In this document: piece after piece, positions 28,415-37,699 of the stretch
How the letters are laid out: each line of letters opens with the position of its first letter
How positions within the stretch are numbered: position 1 is the first letter of the stretch
DNA from: Acidimicrobiaceae bacterium
GTDB lineage: Bacteria; Actinomycetota; Acidimicrobiia; Acidimicrobiales; RAAP-2
NCBI GenBank assembly: GCA_013044265.1
Contig: JABEUQ010000093.1
Span: 31,235 to 95,234 of the forward strand
Reading direction: 5' to 3'
DNA: 64,000 nt
Notes under the pieces: model-generated
The model's input: only the letters and a program-made list of their open reading frames with translations
Told to the model about the DNA's origin: nothing
The model's database searches: none
Translations under genes and position numbers: made by a program

Positions 28415-29299
28415 TTACCAGTTCGCGATGGTCGCCGCGCCCCGTGTCGCGATCAGTTCAAAGAGGCTCTCGTCATAGGCGAAGGGCGAATCGTGCACTG
28501 GCCAGTGCACGACGACTTCATCGAAACCGAGTTCACCGTAGCGCCCGGCCCAGTCCAGGAATGCCTCGAGTGATGCCATCGGCTTCTCGTCACCCTCAAA
28601 ATTGAGGAATACTCGATGGATCGTCGACACGTCACGTCCGCGTCGCTCCAATTCAGTGTTCAACCTCAGCACCTGCTGTTTCACGGCGTCGTAGGTGGAC
28701 AAATCTTCGCTCGCGTTGGGAGATCCCAAACTGACCCACCCCTCTGCCAACTCCGCGGTGAACGCGAGGGAACGTGGGCCCAGGGCACTCAAGTACAGGG
28801 GTGGTCGCGGCAGTTGCCAGGGACCGGGAATTTGCCTCGAGTCAACCACCCGATAGTGCGGGCCATTGAGCTGCGAACGTGGTTCGCGCAACAACTGGTC
28901 GAGGGCGCGAACGAACTCCTCGAATCGCTCGTGGCGTTGTTTCGAAGACCACGACTCCTGGCCCAGTACTGAAGCGTCGAAACCGGTCCCACCCGCTCCC
29001 ACTCCCACGATGAGCCGACCCCGCGAGATGTCATCGAGGGCAATGAGATCTTTGGCCAGCACGAGGGGGTGACGAAAATTTGGCGACGTGACCAGTGGAC
29101 CGATTCGTAGTCGCGAGGTCACCGTGGCCGCGGCCACGAGAGTGGGCACCATCGAGAACCAAGGTTTCTCTCGAAATGTCCGCCACGATAGATGATCGTA
29201 GGTGTAACCCGCGTGCAGTCCCCACTCTTCAGCGCGCTGCCAGTTCAATCGCCCTATCTCCCAGCGCGCACTGGGCAAGATGACAACGCTCAGTTTCAC
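28415..29299 (-). CDS. LLM-class flavin-dependent oxidoreductase
   Basis: YDHL, TSPNFRHP, LDDISRGRLIVGVGAG; TAGCAT 6 nt before GTG. Confidence 0.9.
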   Translation of the reverse strand: MKLSVVILPSARWEIGRLNWQRAEEWGLHAGYTYDHLSWRTFREKPWFSMVPTLVAAATVTSRLRIGPLVTSPNFRHPLVLAKDLIALDDISRGRLIVGVGAGGTGFDASVLGQESWSSKQRHERFEEFVRALDQLLREPRSQLNGPHYRVVDSRQIPGPWQLPRPPLYLSALGPRSLAFTAELAEGWVSLGSPNASEDLSTYDAVKQQVLRLNTELERRGRDVSTIHRVFLNFEGDEKPMASLEAFLDWAGRYGELGFDEVVVHWPVHDSPFAYDESLFELIATRGAATIANW

Positions 29300-29334
29300 A
29301 CTGCGATGCTAGGCCGCGCGAGAAACCCACGCCA

Positions 29335-30363
29335 TTATCGAGCCGAGAGAGTGATGAAGTCGCGTGAATACTTGACGTCGAAGAACCGTGCGGGCGTCTG
29401 CTGCATCGTTGGAGTAAGGATTCGCCCGTTGCCTGGTGTCGCGTACCCAGTGGGAGTCGAGGGTTGGTACGTGGCGAAGACCGGCCACAGCGGGTTCATG
29501 TCGAGCACCATGGCGCGCACGGCCCCGGCGCGCACCAAAATCCGCGCGAGGTCGACGATATTCATTTGACCTTCGACGTACACGAGGGCACCATTGGCGG
29601 TAATGCCCAGCCCGGAACGCGGTGTGTCGATTTGATTATTGAGTGAGTAACCCCACCTGGCGACGTCAGTGGTCTGCAATCCGGCCACGGGCGCCCCGTG
29701 ATCGACGAGCAAGGTTAAGTTCTGTCGCACCGCGACCACGTTCGGGTTCATGGCCACATCGCGTCCCCACTGTCCGAGGGTAATCGAGCCGTTGCGATAG
29801 ATCACGATTGAGGCGGCACCATTGACGAGCGGAGCGACGAGGTGACCCTCACTGAGGTATCCACCGTGTGAGTCCTTGAGTAAAAACCCTCCGCTGAACG
29901 CCGCGACCAGGGTATGCGCAGCCGAGTGCGATACGGGTGCGGTGTTCTTCCAGAAGAAGCCTCCGGGACTTAGGCTGCCCGAATACAGACGCGCGGTCAG
30001 TAGTTTCGGATCAATCCACGCCACGCCCGCAACCGTGATCCCGTTGTCCAGGGGTCGGATGGTCGTCGTGAATATTGCGCTGTGGCCCTGCACCGTACGT
30101 CCCGCAGGATGATAGACACCTTCGCCAGCCATCGCGGGCAGGATGAACGGAGCCAGATTCGTCGGGCTCGGCAGAGTCGACAAGGCGACTCCCGACGTCG
30201 CGGGGACTCTCACCTTCGGCGTCGGAGACGACGCGGCGACTGGTTGGGTCGAGCTGGACTTCGTCGTTGCCCTCGTACCAGCGAGCGCGACCGCAACGAC
30301 ACTCACCGTCGCCACTGTCGCGACCGTCACCACTGTCGCCACGCTCAGCAAGCGGAACCTCAT
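29335..30363 (-). CDS. Exported phosphodiester glycosidase (NAGPA/DUF2233)-family protein
   Basis: N-terminal hydrophobic anchor, AAFSGGF, PRSGLGITANG, AMVLDMN; ATG 30363 behind AGAGG. Confidence 0.75.
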   Translation of the reverse strand: MRFRLLSVATVVTVATVATVSVVAVALAGTRATTKSSSTQPVAASSPTPKVRVPATSGVALSTLPSPTNLAPFILPAMAGEGVYHPAGRTVQGHSAIFTTTIRPLDNGITVAGVAWIDPKLLTARLYSGSLSPGGFFWKNTAPVSHSAAHTLVAAFSGGFLLKDSHGGYLSEGHLVAPLVNGAASIVIYRNGSITLGQWGRDVAMNPNVVAVRQNLTLLVDHGAPVAGLQTTDVARWGYSLNNQIDTPRSGLGITANGALVYVEGQMNIVDLARILVRAGAVRAMVLDMNPLWPVFATYQPSTPTGYATPGNGRILTPTMQQTPARFFDVKYSRDFITLSAR

Positions 30364-30744
30364 CGCAACACCTCTTGGACGTGGCAATTGAAGAGATCAA
30401 GCGGCGCGGAGTCAAATTCACGAATGGTCAATCGAACAAAGTTCACCGAACATTTTTAGTTCGGGGCTTTAAGAACGCACTAAGACCCGCACGAAGATTT
30501 GTTGACAATCCGCACGAAGACAATTCCCCACCAGATTCTTTCATCAATAAATAATCGTAATGGTGAGTGTTTATGCAATATGAACGGCGCCATGATCGCG
30601 AAAGAAGTGCCGCACTCAGCCGATCATCACCACGACTCTTCCCACTCCCCGCAGTCGACCAATTCGACCATTGACCGAAGAATTTACACCTAGATTTCCA
30701 AGTAATTCTCCCAAAATATCCGCGTGTCTCGGTAGAATTCAGTG

Positions 30745-31527
30745 GTGCTGGCCACCGCTGTTCCCCTCGGGCTGAAACTCGCCATTCTCTTCGTCGCGGG
30801 CTGTGCCGCGGGCATCTCCAACGGCATTGCCGGAGGTGGAACTTTTCTCAGTTTTCCGACGCTTTTAGCATTGGGAATACCTTCGCTCACGGCTAATATG
30901 TCATCGTCAGTGGGCATCTTGCCCAGTACTTTCGGTGGAATCAGAGGATTCCGCCACGAACTCAAAGTGCACCGCTCATTGCTCAAGGAATTGGTCCCCA
31001 CGTGCGTCCTCGGTTCGGGTGCGGGCACTGCACTACTGCTGATCGGCAGTAATCACACATTTTCCTTAGTCGTGCCATGGCTAATTGGTATGGCGACAGT
31101 GCTCTTTGCGATATCTCCGCGAGTCACCAAACTTCTCGCCAAGATGGACCGTAATCAAGATTCCAATGCCGTGCGGCGACGATCACTCTTCGTAGGTATC
31201 TTCATTGCCTCGGTGTACGGCGGATACTTTGGCGCCGGTCTGGGAATCGTCTTACTGGCCGTGATGGCCCTGACCCTTCCCTACGACATCAATGTTCTTC
31301 AAGGATTGCGCGTCGCCTTGTCGCTATTGATCAACACCATTGCCGGCATCGTCTTCGTCGTCCGTGGCCACCTCGCACTGCAGGCCGTACTGGTGCTCTT
31401 GGTGGGAGCACTCGTCGGTGGCTGGCTCGGTACGCTACTCATCCGACGTCTGTCCCCCAAAGTCGTTCGCGCGATGGTGGTCAGTATCGGAACAATTACA
31501 ACGCTGAAGTTGGCATTCAGCGCGTAG
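30745..31527 (+). CDS. TauE/SafE sulfite exporter family protein
   Basis: AGGGTFLSFP, YGGYFGAGLG, 8 TM segments; TAGAAT 6 nt before GTG 30745. Confidence 0.9.
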   Translation: MLATAVPLGLKLAILFVAGCAAGISNGIAGGGTFLSFPTLLALGIPSLTANMSSSVGILPSTFGGIRGFRHELKVHRSLLKELVPTCVLGSGAGTALLLIGSNHTFSLVVPWLIGMATVLFAISPRVTKLLAKMDRNQDSNAVRRRSLFVGIFIASVYGGYFGAGLGIVLLAVMALTLPYDINVLQGLRVALSLLINTIAGIVFVVRGHLALQAVLVLLVGALVGGWLGTLLIRRLSPKVVRAMVVSIGTITTLKLAFSA

Positions 31528-31542
31528 CGGCCGTGCGCTCGG

Positions 31543-32628
31543 CTACTTCGACGCGCGTAGTCGACCAATCACGTCGTCAACGACACCGCTGGTTGTGGAG
31601 TCGCCCCCCAAGTCAAAGGTGCGAAACCCTTCGGCCGCCCCTTCCAGGGTGGCGTCGCGCAATCGTGTCCCAGCGTCGCGAAATGATGCGTCGCCCAGTC
31701 GTGACGCGGCCTGGTCCAGAAGGGCGGCACCCGCGAGCAACATGGCCATTGGATTGGCGACATTCTTACCCTGCAACGAGGGTGCCGTTCCGTGGGGCGC
31801 TTCAGCCATCGCAACTTTGGGACGAAGGTTCTCGTCGAGTGACAACAACACTGATTCCGCACCGGCGATTGATCCGAACATCGCCAGTACCAAGTCACTC
31901 AAGCAGTCGCCGTCACGGTTGAGAGCCGGAATCACCATGGTGCGTTCGTGTATCTCAGTCATAAGTCCGGCGTAGGTGGAGTCGATCAACGTCGGGCGAT
32001 AGGTCACGCTGGGGTGGCGAGCCGCGGCCGCATCCATCTCCTCTTTCAGCATGCCCTCATAGGTCGGTGACACGGTCCACTTGGGTCCGCCGTAGACCAA
32101 TCCACCGCTGGCCTCAGCCGCTACGAAGGCGTACTCGGCAACACTCGTGCAGATGGAGCGCTCGATTCTCTCGGTGCGCCACGCGACCTCGTTGCCAAGT
32201 CCCGCTTCACCATCACGACCCTCGTCGGCACCATACGCGTCACCCACGGCCATACGAACGACGATGATCGGAGTGTTGGTTCCCACCACGGGGGGGGTGA
32301 CACCTGGAATTCGTCGTCCGGTGCGCACGATAACCGAGCCACCGATGCCCTCACGCAAAAGTCGGTTCGGCGATCCAACCCCACCAATCTCCGGGGGAGT
32401 CACGGTCGCCGCCTTGAGCCCCAGACCGGCCTGGACCATGGCCGCCGCGGCCTCGCGCACGACCTCGTTTTTGGTCCTTCGACGATTCTCGAGCGAGAGG
32501 TCGTAGTTCACGAAATGCAGGTTGACCCCGAGTAGTTCAGGGGTCATAGCGCGAAGGGACTCGACGAGGAGTTCCTGGCCCGTTTCGTCGCCGTCGCAGA
32601 CAACAATGGTGGCAGTTGAGTTGGTCAC
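31543..32628 (-). CDS. Isocitrate/isopropylmalate dehydrogenase family, probably isocitrate dehydrogenase
   Basis: GDETG, KAATVT, SPN..LR, R..GDAY, catalytic K in GPKWT, NRDGDCLSD, EAPHGTAP; GTG 32628 with TAGACT 7 nt upstream. Confidence 0.85.
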   Translation of the reverse strand: MTNSTATIVVCDGDETGQELLVESLRAMTPELLGVNLHFVNYDLSLENRRRTKNEVVREAAAAMVQAGLGLKAATVTPPEIGGVGSPNRLLREGIGGSVIVRTGRRIPGVTPPVVGTNTPIIVVRMAVGDAYGADEGRDGEAGLGNEVAWRTERIERSICTSVAEYAFVAAEASGGLVYGGPKWTVSPTYEGMLKEEMDAAAARHPSVTYRPTLIDSTYAGLMTEIHERTMVIPALNRDGDCLSDLVLAMFGSIAGAESVLLSLDENLRPKVAMAEAPHGTAPSLQGKNVANPMAMLLAGAALLDQAASRLGDASFRDAGTRLRDATLEGAAEGFRTFDLGGDSTTSGVVDDVIGRLRASK

Positions 32629-32671
32629 GCAACAGAGTCTACGCGAGGATTTTGGGCGACCCTGGCGACGA

Positions 32672-33433
32672 CTATTCCTTGGGAGCGCGCAATGCTGCAC
32701 CGCCACCCAGAAATGATTCGACGAAAATCGGGTTGTTCTGCAGGTCGCCGGGTGCGCCTTCGAGGACTACGCGACCACCACCGAGTACGTACGTGTGGTC
32801 AGAGATCCGCAATGCCGCCTTCGCACGCTGCTCCACGAGTAACACGGTGGATCCGAAGTCAGCGAAGCCGCGGATGTATTCCTCGAGTAGCTGAGTCGCC
32901 ACAATTGGCGCCAAGTTGGCTGTCGGTTCGTCGAGCACCAATACTGAAGGCGAGAGCATCAGCACACGGCCCATTGCGAGCATCTTGCGCTCGCCGCCCG
33001 AGAGTTTGCCCGCCTTGCGCGACATCATGACCTTGAGCTTCGGGAAGAACTCGAGCACGGCATCAATTCGCCCATGGATCTCATTGCGTTTGAGCAAATA
33101 GCCACCGATTTCGAGGTTCTCCTTCACCGACAATGGTGGAAAGACGTCATCAATTTGAGGTACGTAGCCCACACCAATCTTGGCCACTTCCTCAGGGGGC
33201 ATGTTTGTAATGGTCTTCTCGCCCACTTTGACTGATCCGTCGAGCACTTTGACAACACCGACAAGCGACTTGAGTAACGTCGACTTACCCGATCCGTTGG
33301 GCCCAACGATGGAAACCACCTTGCCCGGTGTGGCCTCGATATTGATGCCGCTCACGATGGCTCGACCGTCGTAGCCAGCGGCCAGACCGGTAGCGCTCAG
33401 GATGAGGCCCTTCTTTGAAAGTTCAACCGACAA
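32672..33433 (-). CDS. Liv-type ABC importer ATPase (LivF-like)
   Basis: GPNGSGKST, LSGGERKMLAMGR, LDEPT, LLVEQ. Confidence 0.92.
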   Translation of the reverse strand: MSVELSKKGLILSATGLAAGYDGRAIVSGINIEATPGKVVSIVGPNGSGKSTLLKSLVGVVKVLDGSVKVGEKTITNMPPEEVAKIGVGYVPQIDDVFPPLSVKENLEIGGYLLKRNEIHGRIDAVLEFFPKLKVMMSRKAGKLSGGERKMLAMGRVLMLSPSVLVLDEPTANLAPIVATQLLEEYIRGFADFGSTVLLVEQRAKAALRISDHTYVLGGGRVVLEGAPGDLQNNPIFVESFLGGGAALRAPKE

Positions 33434-35261
33434 GGTATGCCTCCACTACTTCTGGCTTCTGACGAAGTTCCGACATGGTTCCCTGGGCCAGAACTTGACC
33501 CTCCGCGAGGACGATCACCGGGTCGCAGAATGCGTCCATAATCGAGAGTTCGTGTTCCACCATGACAATGGTCATACCGCCGCGACACAGATTGGTCAAT
33601 TGATCGCCAATCCTGTGCGCCAGATTCGGGTGCACTCCGGCCATGGGCTCATCGAGCAGCAGAATCTTGGGTTCAGCGAGCAGCGCGCGCATAATCTCGA
33701 CGAGTCGACGCTGACCACCTGAAAGTCCACCGGCGTAGGAGTCGGCGTATTGCGTCAGTCCGAATCCCTCTAGGAGTTCCTGGGCCCGCTCGATGTTCTC
33801 TCGGTCTTCGACACCCCAGTATCTCTTTCCGCGAATGGATCCCCAGAAGGTATCGCCGGACTGATGAGGGACTGCGCTCACGAGGTTCTCGAGCACGGTC
33901 AGCTTCTTGAACTCACTCGCCAACTGGAAAGTGCGCACAATGCCGTTTTGTGCGCGCTTATTCGAGGGCATCGACGAAATATCTTTACCTTCGTAGAAAA
34001 TCTGCCCTGACGTGGGTGCCAGAGTTCCGGCCAGCATCGCCAATGTGGTGGACTTTCCGGCGCCATTTGGTCCGATCATGCCCGTGAGTCGACCTTGCTG
34101 GATCTCAATCGAGACGTCCGAGACCACGGTGATGCCGTTGAAGACTTTGGTCAGTCCCTTGGTCGAGAAGATCACGTGTTGGTCATTGTTCGTCGGCTCG
34201 AGGTGCAGCAACCGATGCAGGTCGACTTTGTGCAGATCGCCAATCTTGATGAGAGCATCATCTTGCTCATCAGCTTTGGTGGGCGTGGGCGCTGGTGCAC
34301 CCTTATTGCCACTAAGAATCCGACGTTTCTCCGGCAAGATGCCGTTGGGTCGGAACCACAGGAACAGCACGATCAGTAAACCAATGGCCACCCACTCCAG
34401 AGCGGGCACCAGCGCCGGATTCCCCACTGGCGGCAAATAGCGAGTGATCTCTTCGAAGCCCACCGGCACCAGAATCGCACCGAGCACCGCCCCCTTATGG
34501 TTACCCGCACCACCGATAATGATGGCGGCGAACAGGACAATAGTCTCGGCGTAGCCCCAGGCACCTGGCGCCCAGAGAGTAATGAACTCGACCAGGATGG
34601 CGCCAGAGAGTCCGGCGATCATGCCACCAACGACCAGCACGCTCATGCGCTGCATGCGCAAATCTTTGCCGAGGGAGTCAGCCACGATGTCATTGTCACG
34701 CATCGCGCGAAGTGAGCGACCGTAGGGCGACTCGGTGATGCGCTTGACGAGGTAATAGGCGCCCACGGTGAGGATGACGGCGACGAGACCGTACGAGAAC
34801 TGGTAGCTCAAACCCTGTGGGTTGAAATGACTCTGAAAGGGAGCTGGCACCAATGAGATTCCCGCCGCTCCATTAAAGAGGGGCACGTAGTTGGTCGCCA
34901 GCAGATTGAGCAGCACCGCCGAGACCAGGAGGCCCACCGCAGCGAAGTCGCCACGCAAGCGCTTGCCCACGATGAAGACGAAGGGCACGGCCAAGAGTCC
35001 GCCCGCCATAGCGGCACCAATCCACGGGAACGGCCAGGGTAAGTGCCAACCGAGCACGTACTTTTGGAATCCACCATTTGATGAAGCGGAATTGGGCATC
35101 GACAGAACAGCGGCCACGTAGGCGCCCACTGATTGAAAGATGATGAAGCCAAAATTGGAGACACCGGCCACGCCGAACTGCAGACTCAGCCCCAGACACG
35201 CCATGGCATCCACCGCCGCGTACACCATGATGATTGCTATGTAGTAGCCGTAGCTGGACAT
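33423..35261 (-). CDS. Fused LivM permease + LivG ATPase
   Basis: N-terminal BPD_transp_2 (SPYGRSLRAMRDN, IIIGGAGN...GAVLGA); C-terminal GPNGAGKST, LSGGQRR, LLDEP, VVEAYL. Confidence 0.92.
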   Translation of the reverse strand: MSSYGYYIAIIMVYAAVDAMACLGLSLQFGVAGVSNFGFIIFQSVGAYVAAVLSMPNSASSNGGFQKYVLGWHLPWPFPWIGAAMAGGLLAVPFVFIVGKRLRGDFAAVGLLVSAVLLNLLATNYVPLFNGAAGISLVPAPFQSHFNPQGLSYQFSYGLVAVILTVGAYYLVKRITESPYGRSLRAMRDNDIVADSLGKDLRMQRMSVLVVGGMIAGLSGAILVEFITLWAPGAWGYAETIVLFAAIIIGGAGNHKGAVLGAILVPVGFEEITRYLPPVGNPALVPALEWVAIGLLIVLFLWFRPNGILPEKRRILSGNKGAPAPTPTKADEQDDALIKIGDLHKVDLHRLLHLEPTNNDQHVIFSTKGLTKVFNGITVVSDVSIEIQQGRLTGMIGPNGAGKSTTLAMLAGTLAPTSGQIFYEGKDISSMPSNKRAQNGIVRTFQLASEFKKLTVLENLVSAVPHQSGDTFWGSIRGKRYWGVEDRENIERAQELLEGFGLTQYADSYAGGLSGGQRRLVEIMRALLAEPKILLLDEPMAGVHPNLAHRIGDQLTNLCRGGMTIVMVEHELSIMDAFCDPVIVLAEGQVLAQGTMSELRQKPEVVEAYLVG

Positions 35262-36133
35262 TAGTTCGTCTTCTCGCTTCCAAAGATTCCAAAGGGGCGG
35301 AACATCAACATCACGATCAGGGCTATGAACGCGATCACATCTTTGTAGTCAGGATTGATATATGCGGCACTGATCTCAGTCGACAGACCAATGATCAAGG
35401 CGCCAAACATCGCGCCGTAGGGCTCGCCCGGCCCGCCCAGGAACATCGCCGCGAGTAACAAGACGATATAAAGCTGGGCGCTCGTGGCTTCGAAGACGCC
35501 AGCGTTCATCGCGAAGACCGTGCCCGCCAGACCGCACAGTGCACCAGAGATTAGCCACGTCGTAGAGATGATGAACTGCGTCTTGACCCCAGAGTTGCGA
35601 GCCAGATTCTTATTGGCCGAAGTTGCGCGCATCGCCTTGCCCAAGCGTGTGTACTTGAGCAGACCGTGCACGCCCACCAGCACGACGGCACATATCCCAA
35701 TGACGATGAGCTGCAGACTTGACAACAGCAGACCGGCGAAGTGGAATTCCCTCCCCTGGTTCTGGGAGAAGGAGACGTAGCCACCGCCGACAATGGCCTG
35801 CAGACCGAAGGTCCCCATCAAGTCAATCCCGAGCGAAACGATGACCACCGTGATTGGCGCAAGATTGCGCTTCTGAAAGGGTGTATAGACGAAGCGATTG
35901 AGTACCCACGACGCGATGGCGCCGGTGAGGACTCCCCCGATGAGTGCCACCCAAGCATTGACTCCGTGCTCGTTGACGTAGTACGTCACGAATGCACTGT
36001 TGATCATGATGGACCCGTAAGCCAGGTTCAACACGTTGGTGACCGCAAACTGCATGGTGAAGCCGACCGTGGCGATAGCGAGGACCGCCGCCGATATCAG
36101 GCCGAACCCAAATGATGACATGAAGACGCTCAA
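35261..36133 (-). CDS. LivH-like permease
   Basis: VLNLAYG, TRLGKAMRATSAN, FLGGPG..YGAMFGALIIG. Confidence 0.92.
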   Translation of the reverse strand: MSVFMSSFGFGLISAAVLAIATVGFTMQFAVTNVLNLAYGSIMINSAFVTYYVNEHGVNAWVALIGGVLTGAIASWVLNRFVYTPFQKRNLAPITVVIVSLGIDLMGTFGLQAIVGGGYVSFSQNQGREFHFAGLLLSSLQLIVIGICAVVLVGVHGLLKYTRLGKAMRATSANKNLARNSGVKTQFIISTTWLISGALCGLAGTVFAMNAGVFEATSAQLYIVLLLAAMFLGGPGEPYGAMFGALIIGLSTEISAAYINPDYKDVIAFIALIVMLMFRPFGIFGSEKTN

Positions 36134-36238
36134 GGAGAATCAATGTTCCTTTACGAATCGAAAGTGATTACTACAGACCGACTTTGTTGCAACGGACATC
36201 AATGTTGAACCCCACGCGGGGTAGATCATGTTGGCGAC

Positions 36239-36278
36239 GTGATGGCCACGACAACGTAGTTGCTGTCGTGGCCATCAC
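36239..36278 (-). terminator. 15-bp-stem hairpin between the binding-protein and permease genes (mRNA stabiliser or attenuator)
   Basis: GTGATGGCCACGACA-N10-TGTCGTGGCCATCAC, perfect arms, 10 nt past the SBP stop. Confidence 0.7.
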
Positions 36279-36287
36279 CGCCCAGTG

Positions 36288-37649
36288 TTAGAACGCCTTC
36301 AGACTGTTGAGCAGAGCCGCGTTCAGGGTGCCGGCATTAACCGTCGTCCCGGCCGCGGTGTAGTGCATGTCCTCGAAGGCCCCGAATGAAGTGTGGAACG
36401 CGTCGAAGTGATACGTACCACCTACACCCAAGTACTGGATCTTCTTGTGGGCCTTGAGCGCAGCCACGCCCGCCGTGTAGGACGAAACCACCGTCGCACC
36501 AGGAGCACCCGCCGTAATCGTCAAGATGTCGTTCTTGTAGACCGAGCCCGAAGTTGAGCCCGACATCACCATTGCCAGAGCGGCAATGTTGATGGCGTCG
36601 TACAAGTGGACCATGCCAGGGGCTTGCAAGAGCGTCGCCACATTGCCGATGCCCTTAACTTTGCCCGCCTGAGCCATGACCAACTTCGAGAACAACGGGT
36701 ACGCCGGAGTATTGCCGGTGGAAACCTGATTGTCCGCGTCGAAGTTCTTGATGAAGTTCTGCAGACCAACGGCCTTGGTGATTCCCGCGAAGAACGTCGG
36801 GTCAATCATGGCCGAGGTGCCGATGATTGGAATCATCTTCTTACCGTTGAGCTGGTAGACCTCACTCAGTAGCGCCACTCCCGCTGCACCGAGTGCCTCC
36901 ATCATGATGGCTTGAGGTTTCGCTGCGACGATGGCCTGAGCTTCTGATTGGAAGGTGGTGGCGTTGATGTCGAGTGTCTGATTAGAGACGATGGTCATGT
37001 TGCCAGCCTTCGCGATTGCCGCTTCGGCGGGTGCCACGAACGTCTGTGAACCAGCGTCATTGCCGAAGGCCAGGGCAATCTTCTTGTAGCCCTTATTCTT
37101 CGCAATCGCCACCATGGCCACCGCGTCAGCGGCGTCCGGAGGAACGAGGCGGAAGAAGTACGGGAACTTGACCGCATCGAACTCCGACTCACCGGTCATG
37201 CAGAACGACACTGTCTTGTTCGAGCCGAAGACCGGCACAACCGTTGAAGCCTCGTCCGAGGTGCACCCGATCACGAATGCGATGTTCTTGGTGGTCGCGT
37301 ACATCTGTCCTACTGCGGGGACGGCGTCCGCGGGGTCACCGCGTGTGTCTACGGTCTTACAGTTGATCTGATGACCCAGCACGCCACCATCGGCATTGAT
37401 CTGTTGCGTCGCAGCGAGGCACGCAGTCTCGTAGATCGGTCCAAGTGCGGCGTCAACCCCAGTAAATGGCGCAACGACCGGAATCGTCAAAGTGACCCCC
37501 GACGAGTGCGGTTGAGCGCTGGCGTGCGCCGCGGTTCCCGGTAGTCCGACGGTAGCCGCAATCAGTGCCACGACAGCCACTAAAAGTGCCAACCTCTTAC
37601 GCGTACGCGCAGCCGGATTATCCGACCACGTCAACGTCTTTCCATTCAT
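36288..37649 (-). CDS. LivJ/K-type (PBP1) substrate-binding protein
   Basis: Signal peptide, APFTG, INADGGVLGHQI, DTRGDP, PYFFRLVPPD. Confidence 0.88.
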   Translation of the reverse strand: MNGKTLTWSDNPAARTRKRLALLVAVVALIAATVGLPGTAAHASAQPHSSGVTLTIPVVAPFTGVDAALGPIYETACLAATQQINADGGVLGHQINCKTVDTRGDPADAVPAVGQMYATTKNIAFVIGCTSDEASTVVPVFGSNKTVSFCMTGESEFDAVKFPYFFRLVPPDAADAVAMVAIAKNKGYKKIALAFGNDAGSQTFVAPAEAAIAKAGNMTIVSNQTLDINATTFQSEAQAIVAAKPQAIMMEALGAAGVALLSEVYQLNGKKMIPIIGTSAMIDPTFFAGITKAVGLQNFIKNFDADNQVSTGNTPAYPLFSKLVMAQAGKVKGIGNVATLLQAPGMVHLYDAINIAALAMVMSGSTSGSVYKNDILTITAGAPGATVVSSYTAGVAALKAHKKIQYLGVGGTYHFDAFHTSFGAFEDMHYTAAGTTVNAGTLNAALLNSLKAF

Positions 37650-37699
37650 GTATTCCCCCCCATAGTTGATTTGTTACTACTCACTGCATAAAGCAGAAA

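Noticed and set aside
31543-32671. IDH-like gene as the last member of the Liv/FAH catabolic operon
   Set aside because: It has its own leaderless promoter (TAGACT 7 nt before GTG) and keeps the isocitrate-binding residues, so it is more likely an independent housekeeping gene
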